Positions 16,405-25,453 of a stretch of DNA of 64,000 bases are shown piece after piece. The notes beneath the pieces were generated by a model, which was not told the DNA's origin, did no database searches, and saw only the letters and a list, made by a program, of their open reading frames with translations. Positions within the stretch are counted from its first letter, which is position 1. Each line of letters starts with the position of its first letter. The stretch spans positions 2,464,001 to 2,528,000 of the forward strand of contig CBDCSU010000006.1 of NCBI GenBank assembly GCA_965221775.1, read 5' to 3'. A program made the position numbers and the translations under genes. The stretch comes from Candidatus Latescibacterota bacterium. GTDB taxonomy: Bacteria; Latescibacterota; UBA2968; UBA8231.

Positions 16405-17550
16405 TCAGCGCACCTTGCCGCGGGCGGCCACGGGCCACACGGCCTCGAGCCGGCCGCCGCGCACGGCGTAGAGGTCGTCGTAGAGGTTGACGGTGGTGCA
16501 GCCGTGGCCGGGGATGAACTCGATCACGTCGCCGCACTCCAGGTGGCAGTCCCCTCCCTTGGCGCGCAGCCGGCCGTGCTCCTCCGACAGGGACTCGCAC
16601 TCCAGGTGGCGCAGGCCCTGCGGGTCCCAGCCGACCTCCACGCCCTCCCGCGACGGCAGCTTGACGAGGGGGAAGCCGTGCTCGGGGGTCGCCGCCTTGA
16701 GGCCGGCGTCGGTGATCACCTGCTCCGGCGTGGGCCGGCTGGTGACCGTGGTGAGCACGGTCATGGCGTTGCGGAAGCCGAGGCCGAGGCGGCCGTAGGC
16801 GGCGTCCATGAGCGCGTAGGAGCCGGCCTGCACCTCGGTGACGGCGTCGTAGGTGGTGCTCACGTAGTAGTCGCCGGTGGCCGAGGTGCTGACGATCTCC
16901 ACGGGCAGGCCGTCGGCCTTCACCCGGCCGGCGCAGTCGGAGAGCCGCTGCAGGCACTCGCGGGCGCCGGACTCGCGTTCCCCGGCGTCCTCCAGGGCGA
17001 CGATGTGGCCTTGGTATCCCATGAGGCCGGCGAAGCGCAGGTGCTCGGCGCGGTGGGCGGCGCGGCACAGCTCCAGGGCCTCGTCGGAGCTGGCCAGCAC
17101 GCCGCAGCGGTTGTGGCCGATGTTGACCTCCACCAGGATCCGCGGGGTGACGCCGGCGGCGCCGGCGGCGGCGTCGAGGTCGGCGAGGTTGTCGGGGTGG
17201 TCGACGGCGGCCATGATGTCGCAGCGGCGGGCCAGGGTCATGAGGCGTTCCACCTTGCGGCGGCCCACGACCTCGTTGGCGATGAGCACGTCGTCGATGC
17301 CGGCCTCGGCCATGACCTCGGCCTCGCCGACCTTGGCGCAGGTGACGCCGATGGCGCCGGCCTGCAGCTGCATGTGGGCGATGGCGGGGGTCTTGTGGGA
17401 CTTGGTGTGGGGGCGCAGGTGCTTGCCCGCGGCCTCGAAGTGGCCGGCGAGCTTCCTGATGTTGAACTCCAGGTCGTCGAGATCGACCAGCAGGGCGGGG
17501 GTGTCGATCTCGGCGACGGGCATGCCGATGTACTCTTCGGGGCTCACCAT
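16405..17550 (-). CDS. DSD1-family PLP enzyme (D-threonine aldolase / D-serine dehydratase-like)
   Basis: TPALLVD, LRPHTKSHK, RCGV, EVQAGSYALMD, DAGLKA, SEEHG, PGHGCTTVNL. Confidence 0.88.
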   Translation of the reverse strand: MVSPEEYIGMPVAEIDTPALLVDLDDLEFNIRKLAGHFEAAGKHLRPHTKSHKTPAIAHMQLQAGAIGVTCAKVGEAEVMAEAGIDDVLIANEVVGRRKVERLMTLARRCDIMAAVDHPDNLADLDAAAGAAGVTPRILVEVNIGHNRCGVLASSDEALELCRAAHRAEHLRFAGLMGYQGHIVALEDAGERESGARECLQRLSDCAGRVKADGLPVEIVSTSATGDYYVSTTYDAVTEVQAGSYALMDAAYGRLGLGFRNAMTVLTTVTSRPTPEQVITDAGLKAATPEHGFPLVKLPSREGVEVGWDPQGLRHLECESLSEEHGRLRAKGGDCHLECGDVIEFIPGHGCTTVNLYDDLYAVRGGRLEAVWPVAARGKVR

Positions 17551-18800
17551 TCCAGCAGATCGTTCCTTTCGTCGAAACTCATGTCAGCGGGTTTCTCCAG
17601 CACGGACAGGTCGGGGCGCGCTTCCACCTCCCTGGCGTAGGCCTCGGAAACCAGCAGCTCGCCGAGGTGCAGGGTGTTGCGGATGCGCAGGACCTTCGCC
17701 TTCGCGGGCTCCACGAACCCGACGGTGGTCAGGGCCTGTTCCAGGCACTCGCGGTCGGTGGGGAAGTGGACGGGCACGGCGGCGCCGGAGGGGGAGTTCC
17801 CCGTCATGCAGTTGATGACGGTGGCGTTCACGTCCATGGCGTCGACGAGGCGCTGGTGGCAGTACTCGGCCATGCCGATGCCGGCGGCGTTGCCGTGGGT
17901 CTCCGGGGTCAGGCCGCGGACGAAGATGCGCGTCACCTTGGGGAACTCCTTGGCGGCGGCGCAGTGGTCGTAGTACTTGCGCCCCACCACGTTGGTGTCC
18001 ATGCCGGAGCCGGAGATGTTCTTGCCCATCTGGTCGACGATGAGCAGGTCGACCTGGTCGAAGGGCAGGCGCGGCATCCACTGCTTGGCCAGGACCAGCA
18101 GCTCCTTCTCACGCTCGACGAACCGGTCGGGGGGCACGGCGTCGATCGCGGCCGTCCGGTCGTACTGGTTCTCGACGATGGCCAGCCCGAAGAGGACCCG
18201 GCACTTGTCGATCACCTCCTGGCCGACGGCGCGGACGATGCGGTCGAAGGAGTACTGGACGATCGCCTGGTGGTAGACGGCGGCGCCCCGGTGCTTGCCC
18301 AGGCCGATGAGCATCATCTTGTGCAGGCCGGACTCGATCTCGCCCACGAACCCGGTGTGGGGCTTGACCCGCCCGGCGACGACCACGTGGTCGGCCTCGC
18401 TGGCGTACCTGTCGAAGTAGACGGGCACCTCGCCCTCGACGGTGCCGACCTGGACGACCTCCATGGTCGAGCGGATCGGGCAGCCGACGAACTCCTCGGT
18501 CACGCCGTAGCTCTCGACGATCTCGCGCTGGCCCTCGGCGGTGCCGCCGCCGTGGCTGCCCATGGCCGGCACGATGAAGGGCTCGGCGCCGAGCTCCTTC
18601 AGGGCCTCCACCATGGCGCGGGTGATGACGGCGATGTTGTTGACGCCGCGGCTGCCCACGGTGACGGCCACCGAGTCGCCCCGGGCCACCTTGCGGGACA
18701 GGTCCAGCGTTTCGATGCGCTCCTTCACGGTGCCGGGGATGTCCCCGATCTCCGGCGCTTCGAAGTGCTGGCGCACCTTCATCATCCTTGGGAATGGCAT
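17544..18800 (-). CDS. LarA-like (lactate racemase domain, DUF2088) protein
   Basis: GSRG, PAMGSHGGGTAEGQ, RVKPHT, KMMLIGLGKHRGA, GKNISGSGMDTNVVGR. Confidence 0.75.
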   Translation of the reverse strand: MPFPRMMKVRQHFEAPEIGDIPGTVKERIETLDLSRKVARGDSVAVTVGSRGVNNIAVITRAMVEALKELGAEPFIVPAMGSHGGGTAEGQREIVESYGVTEEFVGCPIRSTMEVVQVGTVEGEVPVYFDRYASEADHVVVAGRVKPHTGFVGEIESGLHKMMLIGLGKHRGAAVYHQAIVQYSFDRIVRAVGQEVIDKCRVLFGLAIVENQYDRTAAIDAVPPDRFVEREKELLVLAKQWMPRLPFDQVDLLIVDQMGKNISGSGMDTNVVGRKYYDHCAAAKEFPKVTRIFVRGLTPETHGNAAGIGMAEYCHQRLVDAMDVNATVINCMTGNSPSGAAVPVHFPTDRECLEQALTTVGFVEPAKAKVLRIRNTLHLGELLVSEAYAREVEARPDLSVLEKPADMSFDERNDLLEW

Positions 18801-18813
18801 GGTTCCTCCAGGG

Positions 18814-19977
18814 TCAGAGTCCGCAGGACTTGCGGAACAGCTCTTCCATGTCTGACAAGGTCGTCTTGCGCGGGTTCACCTGCACGTTGCCGCTGCGCAT
18901 GGCGGCCTCCGCCAGGCCCTCGATGTCCGGGTCCTCGACGCCGGCGCCGCACAGGTGCCCGGGGATGCCGAGGTCCTCGTTGAGGCGGCGCACCGCCTCC
19001 ACCGCCAGGCAGGCGGCGTCGTAGTCCCCGTGGCCCTCGGTATCCTCGCCGAGGGCGGCGGCGACGGCGGCGAACTCGGGGATCCGCGCCTGCAGGTTGT
19101 ACTCCATCACGTGGGGCAGGATGACGGCGTTGGCCAGGCCGTGGTGAACGCCGTGGCGGGCGCCGACGGGATGGGACATGGCGTGCACGTTGCCGAGGCG
19201 AGTCTGGGAGAAGGCCAGGCCCGCCAGGCAGCTGGCGATCAGCATGTTCCCGGTCGCCTCGAGCTCGTGGTCGTTGGCGCAGGCCCGGCGCAGGTTGCCG
19301 CCGATCAGCTCGATGGCGCCCAGGGCGAGGCCCTCGGTGAAGGGCGTGGAGAGCAGGCTGGTGTACGACTCGAGGGCGTGGGTCAGGGCGTCCATGCCCG
19401 TGGGGCCGCCCACGGAAGCGGGCAGGGCGACGGCCAGCTCCGGGTCGAGGACGGCCGCCCGGGGCGCGATGCGCCAGCTGATGACGGGCTCCTTGTTGCG
19501 CGTCCGCGGGTGGGTGAGCACGGCGAAGGGGGTCACCTCGCTGCCGGTGCCGTAGGTGGTGGGCACGCAGACCAGGGGCGGCAGCTCGCGGACGACCTTG
19601 TCCAAGTAGCCGATGTAGCTGCCGATGCGGCCGCCGTGGCTGACGATGACGCCGACCATCTTGGCCACGTCCATGGGGGAGCCGCCGCCGACGCCGAGGA
19701 GGGCCCCGCAGCCGTCGCGTCCGTAGAGGCGGGCCCCCGAGGAGACGTTGCGGGCCACGGGATTGGCGGTGACGTCGGTGAACAACGCCCACGCTACGCC
19801 GGCGTCGTCGAGGGTGGAGGTGACGCGCTCGACCACGCCGGCCTTCTCCAGGCCCCGGTCGGAGACGACGAGGACCTTCTCGCCCTCGGGCAGGAGCTCG
19901 GGCACGCGGGCGACCGAGCCGGCCCCGTGGACGACGCGGGTCGGAGAGCGGAAGTCGAAACTGTTCGGAAGGGCCAT
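18814..19977 (-). CDS. Iron-containing alcohol dehydrogenase
   Basis: GGGSPMDVAK, PTTYGTGSE, GMDALTHALE, HAMSH, HHGLAN. Confidence 0.92.
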   Translation of the reverse strand: MALPNSFDFRSPTRVVHGAGSVARVPELLPEGEKVLVVSDRGLEKAGVVERVTSTLDDAGVAWALFTDVTANPVARNVSSGARLYGRDGCGALLGVGGGSPMDVAKMVGVIVSHGGRIGSYIGYLDKVVRELPPLVCVPTTYGTGSEVTPFAVLTHPRTRNKEPVISWRIAPRAAVLDPELAVALPASVGGPTGMDALTHALESYTSLLSTPFTEGLALGAIELIGGNLRRACANDHELEATGNMLIASCLAGLAFSQTRLGNVHAMSHPVGARHGVHHGLANAVILPHVMEYNLQARIPEFAAVAAALGEDTEGHGDYDAACLAVEAVRRLNEDLGIPGHLCGAGVEDPDIEGLAEAAMRSGNVQVNPRKTTLSDMEELFRKSCGL

Positions 19978-20010
19978 CGCCGGCCGGAAGCGTTGGGGTT
20001 GGGAGGGGCG

Positions 20011-20039
20011 AAGGTAGGGGGGACCGGATGGGCGGGCAA
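20011..20039 (-). promoter_or_regulatory. Putative sigma70 promoter of the Fe-ADH operon
   Basis: TTGCCC-N17-TACCTT. Confidence 0.45.
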
Positions 20040-20137
20040 GGACGGGACGCCTTAGACTAGGCGCCGAGGCCCTGTCCCCGAAGGCCGCGGTTCCGAGCGT
20101 GCCCACGGACGCCGGCGGGACTCTGTGACGACCTCCT

Positions 20138-21784
20138 GTGATCGGCTCCCTCCGCAACCGCCGCGTGCTGCTGTGCCTGCTGGCCTCGCTGGCGGTGCAC
20201 ATGCTCTTCCTCTGGGCTTACCAGCGCTGGGCGGCCGAACGGGTGCTGCAAGTGCTGCGCCCGGCGCGCTTCGAGCTGGCCCCGGCCCTGGAGCCGCAGC
20301 GCTTCGAGCCGGCGCCGCGCGCCTCGGTGCCCGATGTGGTGATGGAGCAGTTGCGCCTGGCGGAGCTGATGGAGGCGCCTCTGCCCGAGGACGCGGCGGC
20401 GGTGCCGTCGGTGGGGCTGGAGGGCCTGGCGCCGCAGCCGGGCCTGGAGGACGATCCCGGGCTGAAACCCGACATCCTGCCGGGGGACACCCTCTCCTAC
20501 GAAGACGCCCTCACCGACCTCTACCGCCGCAAGCTCGTGGAGCTGCACGGGCGCCGCATCCGGGTGCTGCCCCTGGCCGACACCACCTCCGAGGCCGGGC
20601 GCCGCCGCAGCCGGGCCCGGGAGATCATCAACCGCGCCATCGAGGCCATGGGCGGGCTCGAGCGGCTGCAGGCGATCCGGGACAAGACGGTCCGGGTCGA
20701 GAGGTGGGACAGCGAACGACAGGTCTGGCATCCGATGGACGTGCGCTCCTACCTGCGCGGCCGGCGCTACCGCGTCGACACCGCTCCTGATGTGGCGCGG
20801 GGACACGACGGCCGGCAGAGCTGGTACCTGCGCTACGGACTGCTCCTGCCCCCCCGGGACGAGAGCTACAACGCCGAGCGCTGGGACTTCCTGTCGCGGT
20901 TCCGCGGCGACGGCGTGATCGTCGAGTACGTGGGCCACCGGGAGATGCAGTTCCGGACCCTGGCAGCGGTGCGCGTCATCGACACGAAGTTCGGCCGCCA
21001 GCGCCTCGCCTACTTCGACCCGGGCGACAGCCTGCTTCACGCCGAAGTGGAGGGCGGCCGAACGACCACCTACAGGCAGTACCGGGAGACCGGAGGCGTG
21101 CTGACGCCCTTCGAGGTCCTGGTCGGGCAAGTCTCCTCATTTCGAGTCGCTCGCTACCGCTGGCTCACCGAGTTGAACACGGGTCTGACCGAGGACCTGT
21201 TCGGGGTGCCGGAGGAGGTTTCCTGGGAGCCGGAGTGGGTGCGGATCGTGGTCTTCGAGCACGCTCCCGTGCCGCCGGGAGGTCCCGCCGCGCTGCGCCT
21301 TCAGGTGGAGGATCTGGCCCAGGGGGAGGTCCCGTCCGACGATCCGCGGGCCGTGGCGATGCAGGGGCGGGTCGTCGGGGGCGTTCCCTGGCTCGGCTCC
21401 TTCGACACGCACCTGCTGGACACCTACATGAAGAAGAAGGTGCAGGCGGCCGGCGTACTGGCCGGTACGGATCCCCCGGAGTGGCGGCTAACCTGGCGGG
21501 TGGAGGAGTTCTGGATCAAACCCCCGGGCGAGCCACGGCAGTATGTGACGCTGAAGATCGCCGTGGAGGTACAGAGCCTGCGGGACGACGGCCTGTGGGT
21601 GGGAGCGTGGAGCGACCGCTGGCTCCTCGCGGGGCCCGCCATCGACAAGGACCGCGCCGACGCCGTCACGAACGAGGTGCTCCTCCTGGCCTCGGCGGGC
21701 ATCAGGCAGCTCCTCGACGCCCGCGCCGCCGCGGCTCAGCCGGCGTCGACTCCGAGCGCCGGAAGCAGCTCCGGCAGCGAGTAG
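20138..21784 (+). CDS. Membrane-anchored protein: TonB-like N-terminal TM plus LolA-like (lipoprotein-sorting-type) domain
   Basis: LLASLAVH TM, Pro-rich linker, 'AREIINRAIEAMGGLERLQAI', 'YFDP...LL', 'YRETGGVLTPF', 'NTGLTEDLF'. Confidence 0.55.
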   Translation: MIGSLRNRRVLLCLLASLAVHMLFLWAYQRWAAERVLQVLRPARFELAPALEPQRFEPAPRASVPDVVMEQLRLAELMEAPLPEDAAAVPSVGLEGLAPQPGLEDDPGLKPDILPGDTLSYEDALTDLYRRKLVELHGRRIRVLPLADTTSEAGRRRSRAREIINRAIEAMGGLERLQAIRDKTVRVERWDSERQVWHPMDVRSYLRGRRYRVDTAPDVARGHDGRQSWYLRYGLLLPPRDESYNAERWDFLSRFRGDGVIVEYVGHREMQFRTLAAVRVIDTKFGRQRLAYFDPGDSLLHAEVEGGRTTTYRQYRETGGVLTPFEVLVGQVSSFRVARYRWLTELNTGLTEDLFGVPEEVSWEPEWVRIVVFEHAPVPPGGPAALRLQVEDLAQGEVPSDDPRAVAMQGRVVGGVPWLGSFDTHLLDTYMKKKVQAAGVLAGTDPPEWRLTWRVEEFWIKPPGEPRQYVTLKIAVEVQSLRDDGLWVGAWSDRWLLAGPAIDKDRADAVTNEVLLLASAGIRQLLDARAAAAQPASTPSAGSSSGSE

Positions 21785-22323
21785 ATCACGGGACCGTCTC
21801 CGTTCTCGCCGTCCCCGTGGTTGTCCAGGTGCACGTAGGGAACGCCCGCGGCCTCCGAGGCCATGCGGTCGTAGCGCCCGTCGCCGACGAAGACCGCCTC
21901 GCCGGCGGCCACGCCGAGCCGTTCCAGGGCCAGCCACAGCAGGTCCGGGGCCGGCTTCAGCACTCCGTCCTCCCGGCAGAGCATCACGTCGAAGCTCAGC
22001 CCGAAGGTTGTCACCACCATCTCCATGGCCTCGCGGTGGTTGTTGGTGATCAGGGCGCGTCTGAGGGGCAGGCGGTCCAGCCCCTCGAACAGCTCCGCCA
22101 GCCCCTCGTTGGGGGCCGCGGCCACGGCCGCCTCCAGCTCGGTCTCGCGGACCATGCCGTCGGCGCGGCGGGCCTCGTCGGGCGGCAGCGCGTAGATGTG
22201 CTCCATGATGCCGGTGCCCTCGGGCACGCCGACGCGCGCGCGCAGGGTCTTCCAGTCGATGTGAGGGACGGTCAGGGTGCCGTCCATGTCGAAGAGGATC
22301 GCCTGCAGATTGTCGTTTCTCAT
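21736..22323 (-). CDS. HAD-family hydrolase
   Basis: FDMDGTLT, ITNN, KPAPD, FVGDGRYD. Confidence 0.9.
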   Translation of the reverse strand: MRNDNLQAILFDMDGTLTVPHIDWKTLRARVGVPEGTGIMEHIYALPPDEARRADGMVRETELEAAVAAAPNEGLAELFEGLDRLPLRRALITNNHREAMEMVVTTFGLSFDVMLCREDGVLKPAPDLLWLALERLGVAAGEAVFVGDGRYDRMASEAAGVPYVHLDNHGDGENGDGPVIYSLPELLPALGVDAG

Positions 22324-22583
22324 GCCGCCTAAGTTGCGCCCCGGGGCCGTGGAGGGACAGGGCCGGCAGGGCCAGCCGGAAGGAGGCCGCCGCGGTTCGG
22401 GCCGCGGTTTGCGTCCCCGAGGCCGCGGTCCGTGCGTAGGCCGGAGGCACCGACGCCAGCGCCGGGGGCATCATGAAGCTGGTCCACGTCCGCACCGCCG
22501 CCGCTCAGCCGGGCGCGACTCCGGCCGCCGTCGGCTAACAACCCCGGCAGCGACCAGGCCACGGGACCATCGACTCCGGGAGG

Positions 22584-23654
22584 ATGTCCATGCGAAGACG
22601 AGTACTGGGCCGCACGGGCCTGCAGGTCAGCGAGATCGCCATCGGGGGCATCGGGCCCATGGGCAAGTACGGCCCGGTCGCCGCCGACGGCACCTCCCCA
22701 CGTGACCCGGGCCGGCCAACGGGTACCTACCGCGGCAACCCCCACTTCGAGGTCGCGCCCGAGGGATTCGCCCGCACCATGGCGCGCGCCGAGGAGCTGG
22801 GCGTCAACCTCCTCGACACGGCGCCCTCCTACGGCCGCAGCGAGGAGGTCTTCGGCCACTACCTGCGCGACCCCGCCCGCCGCAGGAACTGGGTGGTGTG
22901 CACCAAGACCGGCGTCTGCGGCAGCATGGGCGACGGCGAGGCCCTGCGCGGCGACGAGATTGCCGCCCAGGCCGAGGCCAGCCTCGCGCGGCTGCAGATC
23001 GACGAGATCGACCTCCTCCTCATCCACAGCGTCGACCAGTACGGCGAAGGTCCGCGCGCCGTGGAGCGGATCATCCGCTCCGGCATGGTGGAGGCCCTGG
23101 AGCGGCTGAAAGCGGCGGGCAAGATCCGGCACTACGGGGTCAGCGGCATGCTGCCCGAGCTGACCGCGGCCGTCCGCACGGGGCTCTTCGACGTGGCCCT
23201 CACCTACAACACCCACAACCTGCTGGTCCGCGACGCGGAGAAGGAGTTCCTGCCCGTGGCGGCGGAGCAGAACCTGGGCGTGCTGCTCGCCGGCGTCTTT
23301 CACGGCGGTCTGCTCTCGGGAGACGCGGCCTGCCAGTCCCTGACGGCGATCGAGCGGTTCTACGAGAAGGGTGACCCGGGGCTCCACGAGACCACCCGGA
23401 TCCTCGAGGGCGCGCGCAGGCTGCAGGAGTTCGCCGGAGGGAGCGCTTCCGACCTGCGCCGCCTCGGCATCCGCTTCGCCCTGTCGAACCCGGAGGTCTC
23501 GTCCATCGTCTCGGGGATCCGCAGCATCGCCGAGATCGAGGAGAACGTGTCCGCCGCCTCCCAGGGTCCGCTCTCCGATGACGAGCTGGCCCGGCTCGCG
23601 GAGGTCACCGTGGACCTGCCCGAGATCACCTGGCGGTCCCCGGCCGCGGCATGA
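22584..23654 (+). CDS. Aldo/keto reductase
   Basis: RRVLGRTGLQVSEIAIG, LDTAPSYG, IDLLLIH, GKIRHYGVS. Confidence 0.9.
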   Translation: MSMRRRVLGRTGLQVSEIAIGGIGPMGKYGPVAADGTSPRDPGRPTGTYRGNPHFEVAPEGFARTMARAEELGVNLLDTAPSYGRSEEVFGHYLRDPARRRNWVVCTKTGVCGSMGDGEALRGDEIAAQAEASLARLQIDEIDLLLIHSVDQYGEGPRAVERIIRSGMVEALERLKAAGKIRHYGVSGMLPELTAAVRTGLFDVALTYNTHNLLVRDAEKEFLPVAAEQNLGVLLAGVFHGGLLSGDAACQSLTAIERFYEKGDPGLHETTRILEGARRLQEFAGGSASDLRRLGIRFALSNPEVSSIVSGIRSIAEIEENVSAASQGPLSDDELARLAEVTVDLPEITWRSPAAA

Positions 23655-23997
23655 GCATGGGACGCATAGGCAAGCTGGAGGCCTTGCGGAAGCGCTTCGA
23701 GGAGGGCAGCGTCCGCTTCTTCGCCAGGCACGGCGTGAGGCTCCACGGCTTCTTCGAGATCGGCGAGGTCCCGGCGGAGGCGGTGGCCGAGCACTCCGCC
23801 GGCGGTATCGTGCGGCCCACCGCCGGCACCCGGTTCGGGCGCGACGAGGTGGCCAGCGCGACGCCGTCTGGCGGCGGTTCGTCGCCGACCCCGAGTGGCA
23901 TGCCCTGCGCGCCGAGAGCGAGGAGCGCCACGGCGCCATCGTCGCGGAGGAGTGCACGGTCATCCTGACGCCGGGGGCCTGCTCGCCGATGCAGTAG
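23651..23997 (+). pseudogene. NIPSNAP-family pseudogene (deletion plus frameshift near 23853)
   Basis: 'GKLEALRKRF...FARHG' in one frame, 'QRDAVWRRFVADPEW...ILTPGACSPMQ*' in another. Confidence 0.7.
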
Positions 23998-24244
23998 TGG
24001 GGGATCTGCGCGTCACCTCTTGTGCCGTTTTCCCCACCCATAGCGCGTAGAATCTCAGGTTGTCCAAGCTCCCAATGCAGGGATCGGCTTGTGGGACTTC
24101 GCTACGTGCGCAACTTCCACGAGGGTGCGCGAATCAGTTTGGACCTGATTCTACCGAGCTTGGAGCAATCTCAAGAGTTTGGACCCCTCAAGATACCTGC
24201 GATACCGCACGTTCGGTTGCACGCCTCATGGAGTTGCTTACCAG

Positions 24245-25006
24245 CTACTCTGCCTCACAAGGGTCGTTACTGGTATCGTTAGACTCTCCCGATGTGGGCT
24301 CTGTAGCGCCTGCTGTCGGGAGTTTCCCTCTTACCTTCTGGAGCATCGCCTCAACGATCAGCAGATCTTCAGGGTCTCGAATGACAAGGGTCGACCTCAT
24401 GCCCGGGCCGGCTATTGTAATGCTGAATTCCCCATCCGGGTCTACCGAGGGCACCGATATATCGGCTGGCTGAACCGCATGCTCCTCGTGATCGGTTTCG
24501 TCATGGTCAGGTGTGAGATCCTCCTCCTCCGACGTGCTGGATTGGACCAGTCTGCCGTCCTCAGTGAGTAGGCCGATTTCCGTGGCCCCTTCGATGAAGT
24601 AACGCCGGATTGCGCTCGCACTTTTCTCGTTGACGTCAAACTCTCGGATCAGGAGTCTCGCCAGGATCTCTCCAGGGAGCTTCTCGCCTCGGAACCGAGT
24701 GAAGACTTGGTTGAACAGAGGAACGTTCAAGAATGCCTGCCGGAGCAAGTTGCGTTTCTCATCCTCACTGTATGCTAGGCGGTACTGGTTGAATTGCTCT
24801 GTCACCGCCAATTCGCCTGACTTGCTGGTGACCAGTCCATACTTGACGGCCGCGCTGATCACAGCCGAGAATGCGCCACCCACCTTCTTCTTCATGCCAT
24901 CGGCGCAAGTCTGGACTGTACATCTGCCTCCAAGGCTAGAGACGGCTTCGGCTAGCTCGAGTGCGTCACGAAGCGACCTCCTGGGGTACTCTATTACTTT
25001 CGGCAT
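24245..25006 (-). CDS. Hypothetical winged-helix-like protein in lower-GC DNA
   Basis: MPKVIEYPRRSLRDALELA...AAVKYGL...AFLNVPLF...LP...L.REF; GAGGAG upstream of ATG 25006. Confidence 0.7.
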   Translation of the reverse strand: MPKVIEYPRRSLRDALELAEAVSSLGGRCTVQTCADGMKKKVGGAFSAVISAAVKYGLVTSKSGELAVTEQFNQYRLAYSEDEKRNLLRQAFLNVPLFNQVFTRFRGEKLPGEILARLLIREFDVNEKSASAIRRYFIEGATEIGLLTEDGRLVQSSTSEEEDLTPDHDETDHEEHAVQPADISVPSVDPDGEFSITIAGPGMRSTLVIRDPEDLLIVEAMLQKVRGKLPTAGATEPTSGESNDTSNDPCEAE

Positions 25007-25066
25007 GCCACGCTGCTCTCCTCGGCAAATATGGGTCCGGCACAAAAGGCAATGAGCGGGAGCTAT

Positions 25067-25094
25067 AAGGAAAGCCTGAGGCGGCTATTGTCAA
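25067..25094 (-). promoter_or_regulatory. Putative promoter for 24245-25006
   Basis: TTGACA-N16-TTCCTT; weak -10. Confidence 0.35.
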
Positions 25095-25453
25095 GGGGGC
25101 CACAAGTCAAAAGATCGGTTTATTTGGACCGAAATTTATATAAGATCCTTGAAAACAACTACTTAATGGATATTTCCATGGGGAGAATATTCCTCATTCA
25201 AGGGCTTCTTCAGAACCTATCTTGGGCAAATGGGCCGTGGTGGAGCAAGTCGAATCGCGCTATTCTTCGACAGTCGGGACTTGGATGGCTCGGCCTATGA
25301 AGACAGGAAGGAGCCCTAAAGGAGAGTTCGTCACACCCCTCTTGGGCCGGACGGGGCGGCGTGACGGTGCGGGGATGGTGGCGCCATTCTGGAGAGAGGT
25401 CGTCGTGCCTCTACTGCAGGTCTGACGCCGATGTCGACTCCCGTCGGCTAAGC

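Noticed and set aside
21736-21784. 49-bp overlap of convergent genes
   Set aside because: Common stop-codon drift in high-GC genomes; the overlapping tail is low complexity
22473-22538. Short ORF MKLVHVRTAAAQPGATPAAVG
   Set aside because: No clear SD or recognisable motif
25031-25425. Short ORFs in the AT-rich spacer
   Set aside because: No recognisable homology or consistent codon bias; at most gene remnants
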